DNA of 32,000 nt, from the NCBI RefSeq assembly GCF_000009705.1, contig NC_003272.1, positions 5,010,001-5,042,000 of the forward strand, in the 5' to 3' direction. Of this stretch, positions 9,276-17,221 are shown in pieces. This DNA is from Nostoc sp. PCC 7120 = FACHB-418 (lineage in GTDB: Bacteria > Cyanobacteriota > Cyanobacteriia > Cyanobacteriales > Nostocaceae). Made by a program: the position numbers and the translations under genes. The notes under the pieces are model-generated. The model saw nothing but the letters and a program-made list of their open reading frames with translations. It had not been told where the DNA came from and searched no databases. How positions within the stretch are numbered: the first letter of the stretch is position 1; each line of letters starts with the position of its first letter.

Positions 9276-10721
9276 ATGGTTGTGAAGTTGCAACGACCAA
9301 TTTTAGTAGGAGGATTAGGATTATCCTTTTCCTTGTGGATGCTACAAAGTTGGCATCATTCAATAATGCAGTTGGGTGAACTGAGTTTATTGAGTGTCTT
9401 AGCGGTTGGTGGTGGCTTGTGGTTGTTCAAGCACAAACTACCAAAAGATAGTTCAGAACAGCTAAATGGTATGCTCTTTGACAGAGCTACGGCAGAAAGT
9501 GCGATCGCTAAAACTGAAGCCGTAATCCATCAATTAGCCCAAGAAGCCGAAAACCATCAAGCTTTAGGCACATTACGGAATCAACTCGCCCAATTGTCGG
9601 TAGAGTTAGACAGACAGGAAATTCGGCTAGCTGTAACTGGTGGACAAGGGGTTGGTAAAAGCACGTTAATTCAAGTGCTGGAGTCTCATTACACACCAGA
9701 AAAGCAGCAAACAATCCGTTTCCAAGAAACAGCGCCACTGCTTAAGGAATTGAGTACTCTTGCAGATACTAATATTCTGGCAGAAGCGGCAAAATCGGAT
9801 GCTGTCCTATTCTTGACTAACGGTGATTTAACAGATTCAGAATTCCAAGCATTACAGCAGATAAAGGCGCTGAATCAACCAAAAATCCTGGTTTTCAACA
9901 AACAAGACCAGTACTTACCAGATGAACGTACTAGTGTTTTGCTGTCATTACAACAGCGAGTCCAAGATCATGTAGTTGCTGTTTCCGCTTCTCCTCTACC
10001 TATCAAAGTGCGGAAACATGAAGCTGATGGTGTTGTGCAAGAGTGGATGGAACAACCAGCGCCTGATATTCAACAGTTAACCCTGGAATTAAGCGAACTT
10101 TTGGCACAACAAAGTCAACAATGGGTGTGGACAACCACGGCAAGACAGGCGTTCTTACTGAAATCTGAGGCGAAAAACTACCTGAATGGGGTAAGATGCG
10201 ATCGCGCTAACCCAATTATTGAACAATATCAGTGGATAGCTGCGGCTGCTGCCTTTGCTAACCCAGTCCCAGCATTAGATATTTTGGCAACTGCGGCAAT
10301 TAATGCTCAAATGGTCATGGATTTGGGTAATATCTATCAGCAGAAGTTTTCCCTGGAACAGGCCCAAACCGTAGCGGGAACAATGGGAAGTTTGATGCTG
10401 AAATTGGGTTTGGTGGAACTTTCTACTAAAGCCATTGGTACTGTTCTCAAAAGTAACGCTGTTACCTTTGTGGCTGGTGGTTTAGTTCAAGGTGTCAGTG
10501 CAGCTTATCTCACCAGAGTAGCGGCTTTAAGTCTAGTAACGTATTTTGAACAACAAGAAATCGCTTTAGATTCTGGAAGTAATTTGAACGTAGACAAGTT
10601 ACGCCAAACCTTACAAAATGTCTTCCAACAAAATCAGCAGGTGGCTTTTCTGCAAGGTTTTGTCAAGCAAGGTGTGAAGTGTTTGTTACCAGAAGTACAG
10701 CAGATTGAAGTTGCAGGTTAA
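9276..10721 (+). CDS. Membrane-anchored P-loop GTPase with C-terminal DUF697-like domain
   Basis: Two N-terminal hydrophobic helices and a coiled-coil-like Q/L-rich stretch. G1 motif GGQGVGKST and G4 motif FNKQD. The glycine/alanine-rich hydrophobic C-terminal third is typical of DUF697 (YcjF-like). GGAGA lies 4 nt upstream of the ATG. Confidence 0.7.
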   Translation: MVVKLQRPILVGGLGLSFSLWMLQSWHHSIMQLGELSLLSVLAVGGGLWLFKHKLPKDSSEQLNGMLFDRATAESAIAKTEAVIHQLAQEAENHQALGTLRNQLAQLSVELDRQEIRLAVTGGQGVGKSTLIQVLESHYTPEKQQTIRFQETAPLLKELSTLADTNILAEAAKSDAVLFLTNGDLTDSEFQALQQIKALNQPKILVFNKQDQYLPDERTSVLLSLQQRVQDHVVAVSASPLPIKVRKHEADGVVQEWMEQPAPDIQQLTLELSELLAQQSQQWVWTTTARQAFLLKSEAKNYLNGVRCDRANPIIEQYQWIAAAAAFANPVPALDILATAAINAQMVMDLGNIYQQKFSLEQAQTVAGTMGSLMLKLGLVELSTKAIGTVLKSNAVTFVAGGLVQGVSAAYLTRVAALSLVTYFEQQEIALDSGSNLNVDKLRQTLQNVFQQNQQVAFLQGFVKQGVKCLLPEVQQIEVAG

Positions 10722-10759
10722 TTTCGCTCATTCTCCGCTAGGGGTTCTCTCAGAGTAGA

Positions 10760-10794
10760 CACAAGGACGCTAAGAGGAATCTTGCGTCTTTGTG
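10760..10794 (+). terminator. Hairpin downstream of the GTPase gene (terminator-like, weak T tail)
   Basis: cacaaggacgc (10760-10770) pairs with gcgtctttgtg (10784-10794), giving 11 bp with one G-U pair. The loop is 13 nt. Only a short T-containing tail follows. Confidence 0.35.
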
Positions 10795-10876
10795 CTGTTA
10801 AGTAATATCAAGTTCTGATAATTGCTTATAAGAAGATACTCAATCGCCTAATGTTATTAAATTATTCAATTCATAA

Positions 10877-12034
10877 ATGAGTGTTAAACCGCAAGTATTC
10901 TCATTTTTTGCTGGTTCAGGATTTCTGGATTTAGGGTTTGAAACAAGTGGATTTAATATTGTCTACGTGAATGAAATTTTCTCCCCCTTTATGGCAGCAT
11001 ATCGCTATTTGAGGGAGATATTAAATTTACCCTTATCAGAATATGGATATTATCAAGGGGACACGGCAGATGTTTCTAAGTTGGTAGAAGGTTTCCCCGG
11101 AAAATATCTGTTAGATTGGGTTCAAGAATGTCGTAAATCTAATAATATTGTTGGCTTTATTGGCGGGCCTCCCTGTCCTGATTTTTCTATTGGGGGCAAA
11201 AATAGGGGTTGTTTAGGTGAAAATGGTAAGCTTTCTTCAGCTTATATAGAATTAATTTGTCAAAATTTACCAGATTTCTTTTTATTTGAAAATGTCAAAG
11301 GTTTATGGCGGACTAAAAAACATCGTCAGTTTTTTGAAGCCTTAAAAAGAAAATTAGTGGATTCAGGTTATCTATTAACCGAAAGGGTAATCAATGCTAT
11401 TGAATATGGTGTACCACAAGATAGAGAAAGAATAATTTTATTGGGTTTTAGTAAAAGTTTTATTCATGATTTTTGGAACATAAATAGTGCTAATGAAAAA
11501 CTGCTTGACTTTGTTTTCCCTTGGGAAAATAAAGTTTTATATCCTAAAGAAAAAGTGTTTGCTTATCCGTGGATTCAGGTTGAACCATTTAGAGAAAATT
11601 CTCTAATTCCTTGCCCTAATGGGATTCCTCAAGAATTAACGGTTGAATATTGGTTTAGAAAAAATAATGTAATAAACCATCCTAATTCTCAACATTATTT
11701 TCAACCAAGGGCAGGTATTCTCAAATTTGCCAGTGTTGCAGAAGGAGATGATTCTAAGAAATCTTTTAAACGTCTACATAGATGGCGTTACTCTCCTACA
11801 GCTTGTTATGGCAATAATGAAGTGCATTTACACCCTTACAAAATACGGCGAATTTCTGTAGCAGAAGCTTTGGCTATACAGTCTTTACCTGCCAAGTTTG
11901 CTTTACCAGAAAATATGTCACTAACTAATATGTTTAAAACTATTGGTAATGGTGTGCCATATTTAGCATCCAAAGCGTTGGCTGAGTCTATTCTTGATTT
12001 CCTAAATACTGGTATCAAAAAGCAACTACAATAA
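10877..12034 (+). CDS. DNA (cytosine-5)-methyltransferase, solitary
   Basis: Motif I FSFFAGSGFLDLGF, motif IV GGPPCPDFS (catalytic Pro-Cys), motif VI FLFENVKGL, motif VIII QDRERIILLGF, motif IX RISVAEALAIQSLP, motif X TIGNGVPYL. There is no adjacent endonuclease-sized ORF on either side. GC is low (34/100 at 10877-10976 and 25/100 at 11401-11500, hand counted). Confidence 0.9.
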   Translation: MSVKPQVFSFFAGSGFLDLGFETSGFNIVYVNEIFSPFMAAYRYLREILNLPLSEYGYYQGDTADVSKLVEGFPGKYLLDWVQECRKSNNIVGFIGGPPCPDFSIGGKNRGCLGENGKLSSAYIELICQNLPDFFLFENVKGLWRTKKHRQFFEALKRKLVDSGYLLTERVINAIEYGVPQDRERIILLGFSKSFIHDFWNINSANEKLLDFVFPWENKVLYPKEKVFAYPWIQVEPFRENSLIPCPNGIPQELTVEYWFRKNNVINHPNSQHYFQPRAGILKFASVAEGDDSKKSFKRLHRWRYSPTACYGNNEVHLHPYKIRRISVAEALAIQSLPAKFALPENMSLTNMFKTIGNGVPYLASKALAESILDFLNTGIKKQLQ

Positions 12035-12224
12035 TGCTGAAACTCCAATTATTGCCAAGTTAAATAAAATACTTATGTGGCTTTATAAACACACAATGAT
12101 TTGGTAAACAAAACTCAAAAACACCTGCTTTTCCAGCTAGACTCGTAATAGATGTGCTTTAATTTATGTAAAGGGTATTAATTTTTTATAAAGCTTTATC
12201 ATCAATCACTAACAAAAGGCAACA

Positions 12225-12905
12225 ATGGCAGCAGGCTATCCGAACATTGATATTGCGCCATTTATCGATCACGCCCTGTTAACGCCAACGGCTACTCCAG
12301 AGCAGGTTGACCAATGGTGTGAACAAGCAGACAGATATAATTTTGCGTCGGTTTGTTTGTATCCTACTTACGTAAAGCAAGCAGCAGAATTTCTCCACGG
12401 CAAAAAACCTAAGGTTTGTACGGTAATTGGTTTTCCTACTGGGGCTACGACTCGCTCAGTCAAATTGTATGAGGCACTGGAAGCAGTGGAAAATGGAGCC
12501 ACAGAGCTAGATGTAGTAATCAATTTGGGCTGCTTGAAATCTGGTAATACGGAAGCAGTACACCGGGAAATTGCCGAAATTTGCGAAGAGACTGGGCAAG
12601 TAGTTAAAGTAATTTTGGAAACAAACTTACTAACGGATGCGGAAAAAAAAATCGCAGCCGATATAGCAATGGATGCAGGAGCCACATTCTTAAAAACCAA
12701 CACAGGTTGGAATGGCGGTGCTACAGTGGCAGACGTGAAGCTTTTAAAAGACATCACACGAGAAAGAGTGGGTATAAAAGCATCTGGTGGAATTCGCACC
12801 CTCAATCAAGCCTTAGACTTAATATTAGCGGGTGCGACTAGACTAGGTACGTCTCGTGGTATAGATTTAATCCACCAGCGAGATAACCCGGAAAAAGTTG
12901 AATAG
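12225..12905 (+). CDS. deoC: Deoxyribose-phosphate aldolase
   Basis: 226 aa. [34 protein letters not shown] (Schiff-base Lys region) and IKASGGIRT are the DeoC class I aldolase blocks. Confidence 0.85.
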
Positions 12906-12946
12906 TCATTCGTTTTTGTCCTAAGTCATTTGTCCTTTGTCTTCAC

Positions 12947-13009
12947 TAACGACCAATGACTAATGACCAATGACTAATGACTAATGACTAATGACCAATG
13001 ACTAATGAA
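12947..13009. repeat. Tandem heptamer array (STRR-type, TGACCAA/TGACTAA units), 9 units
   Basis: taacgac caatgac taatgac caatgac taatgac taatgac taatgac caatgac taatgaa. The last unit contains the recO ATG (13005). TGACCAA is the reverse complement of the published STRR unit TTGGTCA. Confidence 0.8.
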
Positions 13010-13895
13010 TAAAACTTATAAAGCAACTGGCATTAATCTGAAAGCCCAAGCAATGGGAGAATCAGACAGAATAGTGACAATTTTGACACAGGAATTCGGT
13101 TTGATTCGCGCGATCGCTCCAGGGTCAAGAAAACATAACTCCAGCCTTGGTGGTAGGAGTGCGATGTTTGTAGTCAATGAACTACTGATTGCCAAAGGGC
13201 GATCGCTAGATAAAATTACTCAAGCTCAAACCATCAAAACTTATCCAGGTCTGGCAAAAGATTTGGGTAAATTAGCTGCTAGTCAATATCTAGCAGAAAT
13301 AGTTCTTTGTCAAGCCTTAAGTGAACAACCACAAGAGGAACTATACGAATTACTAAATGAACATCTCCATCGCTTGGAAGAATTACCCAAAGGAGAGTCG
13401 TTTGGTGTTCTCGCTTACTTAGCTCATGCAGTTTTTCACCTTTTAGCGTTGGCTGGACTTACCCCACAAGTACAAATTTGTTGTCTAACTCAACGCTCGT
13501 TAACACCTGATTTTGCAGATCCCAACTGGCGGGTAGGTTTTAGCATTGCGTCTGGGGGGATAGTTTGCTTAGAAGCTTGGGAAGGCTTGCGAAAAGAAGC
13601 GAGAAAAGAATCAAAAGAAAAGTCACTTCCTCATCCGGTAACTCCTGCTTACCAAACAGTTGTACATCGGCAAGAAATACCAGTAATTTCTGCTCGGTTA
13701 AATTCTGTAGAACTTGGGATGCTCCAACAGCTCTCACAACCAGAGATAATGCAAATTAACACTACCAGTGATGCCAGCTGGTTATCTGTGGAGCAGATTT
13801 TGCGTCAGTATGCTCAGTATCATTTAGGTCGCCCTATTCGCTCCGCCACTTTGATTGACTCTTATTTTGCTGCCAACCATGATGCAACCGTCTGA
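13005..13895 (+). CDS. recO: DNA repair protein RecO
   Basis: The N-terminal OB-fold region [39 protein letters not shown] and the overall length (296 aa) are typical of cyanobacterial RecO. Confidence 0.85.
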   Translation: MNKTYKATGINLKAQAMGESDRIVTILTQEFGLIRAIAPGSRKHNSSLGGRSAMFVVNELLIAKGRSLDKITQAQTIKTYPGLAKDLGKLAASQYLAEIVLCQALSEQPQEELYELLNEHLHRLEELPKGESFGVLAYLAHAVFHLLALAGLTPQVQICCLTQRSLTPDFADPNWRVGFSIASGGIVCLEAWEGLRKEARKESKEKSLPHPVTPAYQTVVHRQEIPVISARLNSVELGMLQQLSQPEIMQINTTSDASWLSVEQILRQYAQYHLGRPIRSATLIDSYFAANHDATV

Positions 13896-15516
13896 TTTGG
13901 ATAGAAAAATTCTGCCATTGTCGCCAAGCCACGCCAAAAGACAGAATAGGGCATCAGATCCTACAGCACAGGCTCACTTAAGTGCTGTTCCCTATCCTGT
14001 AACCAATCACAAAGATAGCCAGGAATCATCTGACCAAGATGTTCCTACCAATGAGAAAAGTGGTATTTCGCAAAATCCCCAAGCCGATTTACCCAATGAA
14101 ACAGATAAACAATCCTCAGAGCCATTAAATATTTTGGAGTTTAATGGTAACGGGCAGAGTGTACCATTAGTTACTACTCCAGCAGCAACACCAACAGATG
14201 ACTCTGGTTCTGGTGGGGAAGCCGACTCTGGAGATAATGAACATAAAGGGTTTTTAGCTGTATTCAAAAACCCCAATTTCTTAGCGCTGTGGGGTGGACA
14301 AGTCTTCTGTCAACTGGCAGATAAGGTGTATTTGGTCTTGATGATTGCCTTAATTAATACTCAGTTCCAGGCAAGTAATCAAAGTATTAGTGGTTGGGTA
14401 TCAGCATTGATGATGGCTTTTACCATACCAGCAGTGTTGTTTGGTTCTGTGGCTGGCGTATTTGTAGATAGGTGGTCGAAAAAGGCTGTATTAGTAGCGA
14501 CAAATGCTTGGCGCGGTATTTTGGTTTTAGCTATTCCTTTGTTGTTGTGGTTAACTCATGATTGGCAACCCATAGGAGTTTTACCTGTAGGTTTTCTCAT
14601 CATTTTGGGTGTGACGTTTTTGGTGTCCACATTGACACAGTTTTTTGCTCCAGCAGAACAAGCCGCAATTCCCTTGGTGGTGAAAGAACAGGACTTACTT
14701 TCGGCTAATTCACTATACACAACCACAATGATGGCTTCAGTGATAGTGGGTTTTGCGGTAGGAGAACCACTACTCGCCTTTGCCGATGGTATTTGGTCGC
14801 AACTAGGGGGTAATAATGGGTTTGGCAAAGAACTTTTGGTTGGTGGTAGTTATGCGATCGCCAGTATAATTTTGCTACTGTTGGTAACTCACGAAAAAAC
14901 CCACGCACCAGAAACAGAATTTCCCCACGTATTTTCAGACTTACGCGATGGTTTACGTTACCTCAAAGAAAATTACCGCGTCCGTAACGCTCTATTGCAA
15001 TTGATGATTTTATTTTCTGTCTTTGCCGCCTTGACTGTTTTAGCAGTGCGGATGGCAGAAATCATTCCTCATATAAAAGCTTCTCAATTTGGTTTTTTAC
15101 TAGCGGCTGGTGGCGTTGGTATTGCAGCCGGCGCGACCATTTTGGGTCAGTTTGGTCAACGCTTCTCCTACACTCAACTGAGCCTGTGTGGTTGCTTGGG
15201 TATGGCAGCATCTTTAGTTGGTCTTTCTATCTTCACAACACAACTAGGACTGGTGTTAATTTTAGTAACATTGATGGGTGTTTTTGGCTCTTTAATCGGT
15301 ATACCCATGCAGACAGCTATCCAAACAGAAACTTTGCCCGAAATGCGTGGTAAAGTATTCGGTCTGCAAAATAACGTAATTAATATTGCTCTGTCCCTAC
15401 CTTTGGCGTTAGCAGGTCTAGCAGAAACCTTTGTGGGATTACAAGCTGTCTTTTTGGCATTAGCGGCGATCGTCTTTTCCGGAGGTATCTTAACTTGGTA
15501 TAACTCTCGTGATTAA
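13879..15516 (+). CDS. MFS transporter (MFS_3 / EntS-like) with long low-complexity N-terminal extension
   Basis: About 12 hydrophobic segments follow [15 protein letters not shown], with VDRWSKK between TM2 and TM3. The ORF track start 13855 is a TTG. ATG-ATG at 13879/13882 is preferred and overlaps the recO stop (13893-13895). Confidence 0.8.
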   Translation: MMQPSDLDRKILPLSPSHAKRQNRASDPTAQAHLSAVPYPVTNHKDSQESSDQDVPTNEKSGISQNPQADLPNETDKQSSEPLNILEFNGNGQSVPLVTTPAATPTDDSGSGGEADSGDNEHKGFLAVFKNPNFLALWGGQVFCQLADKVYLVLMIALINTQFQASNQSISGWVSALMMAFTIPAVLFGSVAGVFVDRWSKKAVLVATNAWRGILVLAIPLLLWLTHDWQPIGVLPVGFLIILGVTFLVSTLTQFFAPAEQAAIPLVVKEQDLLSANSLYTTTMMASVIVGFAVGEPLLAFADGIWSQLGGNNGFGKELLVGGSYAIASIILLLLVTHEKTHAPETEFPHVFSDLRDGLRYLKENYRVRNALLQLMILFSVFAALTVLAVRMAEIIPHIKASQFGFLLAAGGVGIAAGATILGQFGQRFSYTQLSLCGCLGMAASLVGLSIFTTQLGLVLILVTLMGVFGSLIGIPMQTAIQTETLPEMRGKVFGLQNNVINIALSLPLALAGLAETFVGLQAVFLALAAIVFSGGILTWYNSRD

Positions 15517-15947
15517 TCCGCTAATTCTGGGGTTAATTATAGATTTTGCTTTCATGCTAAACTGAGTGCAGAAAATTTATTAAAACCTTGCTGGGAATCA
15601 ATTGGAGATGAGCCAAGATAAGTGGTTGTAAATGTAATGTACATCTACAACCAAAAGACAAATTAAGCTTATAGATTATCTGGTTTAGCCAACCTAGAAC
15701 TTAGCTTTTGAACTGGTTAAAAGTGAAGATATATACTTAGTAGTCATCATCAACTGCTTAAACCGATAAATATATGGAAAAGGCACTTAGAAACTAGAGT
15801 TGAGAGTTTAATCTTTTTACTCAGTACGCGGCTCAAAAACCGCTACCACTAACCGCACTTTTTCAAGATAGCCAGCAAGTACAAAAAGATAAACAACAAA
15901 AAACCACAAGAAATAATCAATCACGCTCTTCTGATAGCCGGTAAAGA

Positions 15948-17096
15948 ATGCGTATAGCTTGGATTGGAAAAAAATCACCCTTTTGTGGCAATGTCACTTA
16001 CAGTAGAGAAGTTACAAACGCCTTGCTAGATAGGGGACATGAAGTCAGTTTTCTCCACTTTGCTCAAGAAGAAACTGAACCTGACAACTGGCCGAAATTC
16101 CAAGAAGTGCCTCTACCCTTCATTTATAAGTCTCAGGTTTACACTATTCCAACGTTCAAAGCGACAAAGCTTTTAACTGATTCACTGCGAGAAATCAAGC
16201 CAGATATTGTCCATGCGTCTCTGACTTTATCTCCCCTGGACTTTTTTCTACCAGAAATTTGTGACCAACTGAACTTGCCCCTAATTGCCACATTTCACAC
16301 TCCATTTGCAGGCAAAGGCGCAAAACTGATATCAGGAACACAACTTTTAGCTTATCAACTATACGCGCCTTTTTTGGGCAACTACGATCGCGTCATTGTC
16401 TTTTCCCAAATTCAGCGAGAACTATTGGCGAGTATGGGGGTGCGGGAGAAAAATATCGCAGTCATCCCCAATGGTGTGGATACCAGCAAATACTCGCCTG
16501 GGTCTTCTCTTGTGAAAAAAGAATTTCAAGCGGAACGATTGTTTGTCTACCAAGGAAGAATCGCCCCAGAGAAAAATGTAGAATCCCTGTTAAGAGCTTG
16601 GAAGCAAGCCAACATGGGTGCTGATAGTAAGTTATTAATGGTTGGAGATGGGCCTTTGAGAGCTACTTTAGAACCCTTTTATGGTTCTGAGTATGGCATT
16701 ATCTGGTTGGGATTTGTCGCTGACGAAGACCGACGCATACAGATTCTCCAGGGTGCAGATGTATTTATTTTACCTTCTCTAGTCGAGGGTTTATCCTTAT
16801 CGCTGTTAGAGGGTATGGCTTGCGGACTCGCTTGTTTAGCAACCGATGTGGGCGCAGACGGCGAAGTGTTGGAAAAAGGTGCTGGTGTAGTCATGAATAC
16901 CAAAACTGTGCGATCGCAATTACGCACCCTTTTACCACTATTCCAAGACCATCCAGAGTTAACAACAGTGCTGGGACAAAAAGCTAGAAAGCGCGTTGAA
17001 GAACGCTACACACTAGAGAAGAATATTACTCATTTAGAAGAACTTTATCGTGAAGTTTTAGCACAGCAGCCTGTAAAACTCATTTGGGGAGCTTAG
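15948..17096 (+). CDS. Glycosyltransferase family 4 (GT-B, group 1)
   Basis: 382 aa. The N-terminus is MRIAWIGKKSPFCGNVTY and the C-terminal domain has ILPSLVEGLSLSLLEGMACGL (E-x7-E motif). It contains a HIP1 site (16910), so it is probably native. Confidence 0.8.
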   Translation: MRIAWIGKKSPFCGNVTYSREVTNALLDRGHEVSFLHFAQEETEPDNWPKFQEVPLPFIYKSQVYTIPTFKATKLLTDSLREIKPDIVHASLTLSPLDFFLPEICDQLNLPLIATFHTPFAGKGAKLISGTQLLAYQLYAPFLGNYDRVIVFSQIQRELLASMGVREKNIAVIPNGVDTSKYSPGSSLVKKEFQAERLFVYQGRIAPEKNVESLLRAWKQANMGADSKLLMVGDGPLRATLEPFYGSEYGIIWLGFVADEDRRIQILQGADVFILPSLVEGLSLSLLEGMACGLACLATDVGADGEVLEKGAGVVMNTKTVRSQLRTLLPLFQDHPELTTVLGQKARKRVEERYTLEKNITHLEELYREVLAQQPVKLIWGA

Positions 17097-17156
17097 AGGT
17101 AAAATAGACTAATTTTTAGATTCTTAGTTTTTAACAACTTCAATTATTTAAAAGTT

Positions 17157-17187
17157 AGAGGTTAGCAAGCTATAATTTGCTACCTCT
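17157..17187. terminator. Hairpin between convergent genes (possible bidirectional terminator)
   Basis: agagg-t-tagcaa (17157-17168) pairs with ttgcta-cctct (17177-17187), giving 11 bp with a 1-nt bulge and an 8-nt loop. It lies between the + strand glycosyltransferase stop and the - strand nuclease stop, with T-containing tails on both strands. Confidence 0.4.
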
Positions 17188-17221
17188 TTAAATCTACAAA
17201 ATAGACATTCTGCCTCATTAC

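Noticed and set aside
12188-12199. A 12-bp perfect palindrome ATAAAGCTTTAT lies 26 nt upstream of deoC.
   Set aside because: It is short and AT-rich and contains only a HindIII-type core. No flanking half-site repeats or known operator consensus are evident. It was not pursued.
10722-12224. The methyltransferase as part of a complete type II restriction-modification system.
   Set aside because: Neither flank (155 bp and 190 bp) contains an ORF of any useful size on either strand. The next genes are a native GTPase and deoC. It is treated as an orphan methylase instead.
12368-12805. 145-aa ORF antisense to deoC. Similar antisense or shadow ORFs occur at 397..672, 682..891, 2895..3248, 5443..5664, 14007..14276, 14556..14908, 16679..16927, 20984..21352, 21441..21656, 24711..25243, 28804..29034 and 29687..30186.
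   Set aside because: Each lies entirely inside, and opposite to or out of frame with, a gene whose product has clear family motifs. Their translations are low-complexity or Ser/Pro/Arg-rich with no recognisable motifs. They are typical shadow ORFs.
12947-13009. Possible CRISPR array or other spaced-repeat locus, including the arrays at 26063-26097, 27039-27080 and 31132-31166.
   Set aside because: The repeat unit is 7 nt and strictly tandem with no spacers. This is the STRR type of cyanobacterial heptamer repeat, not CRISPR. No cas genes are present.
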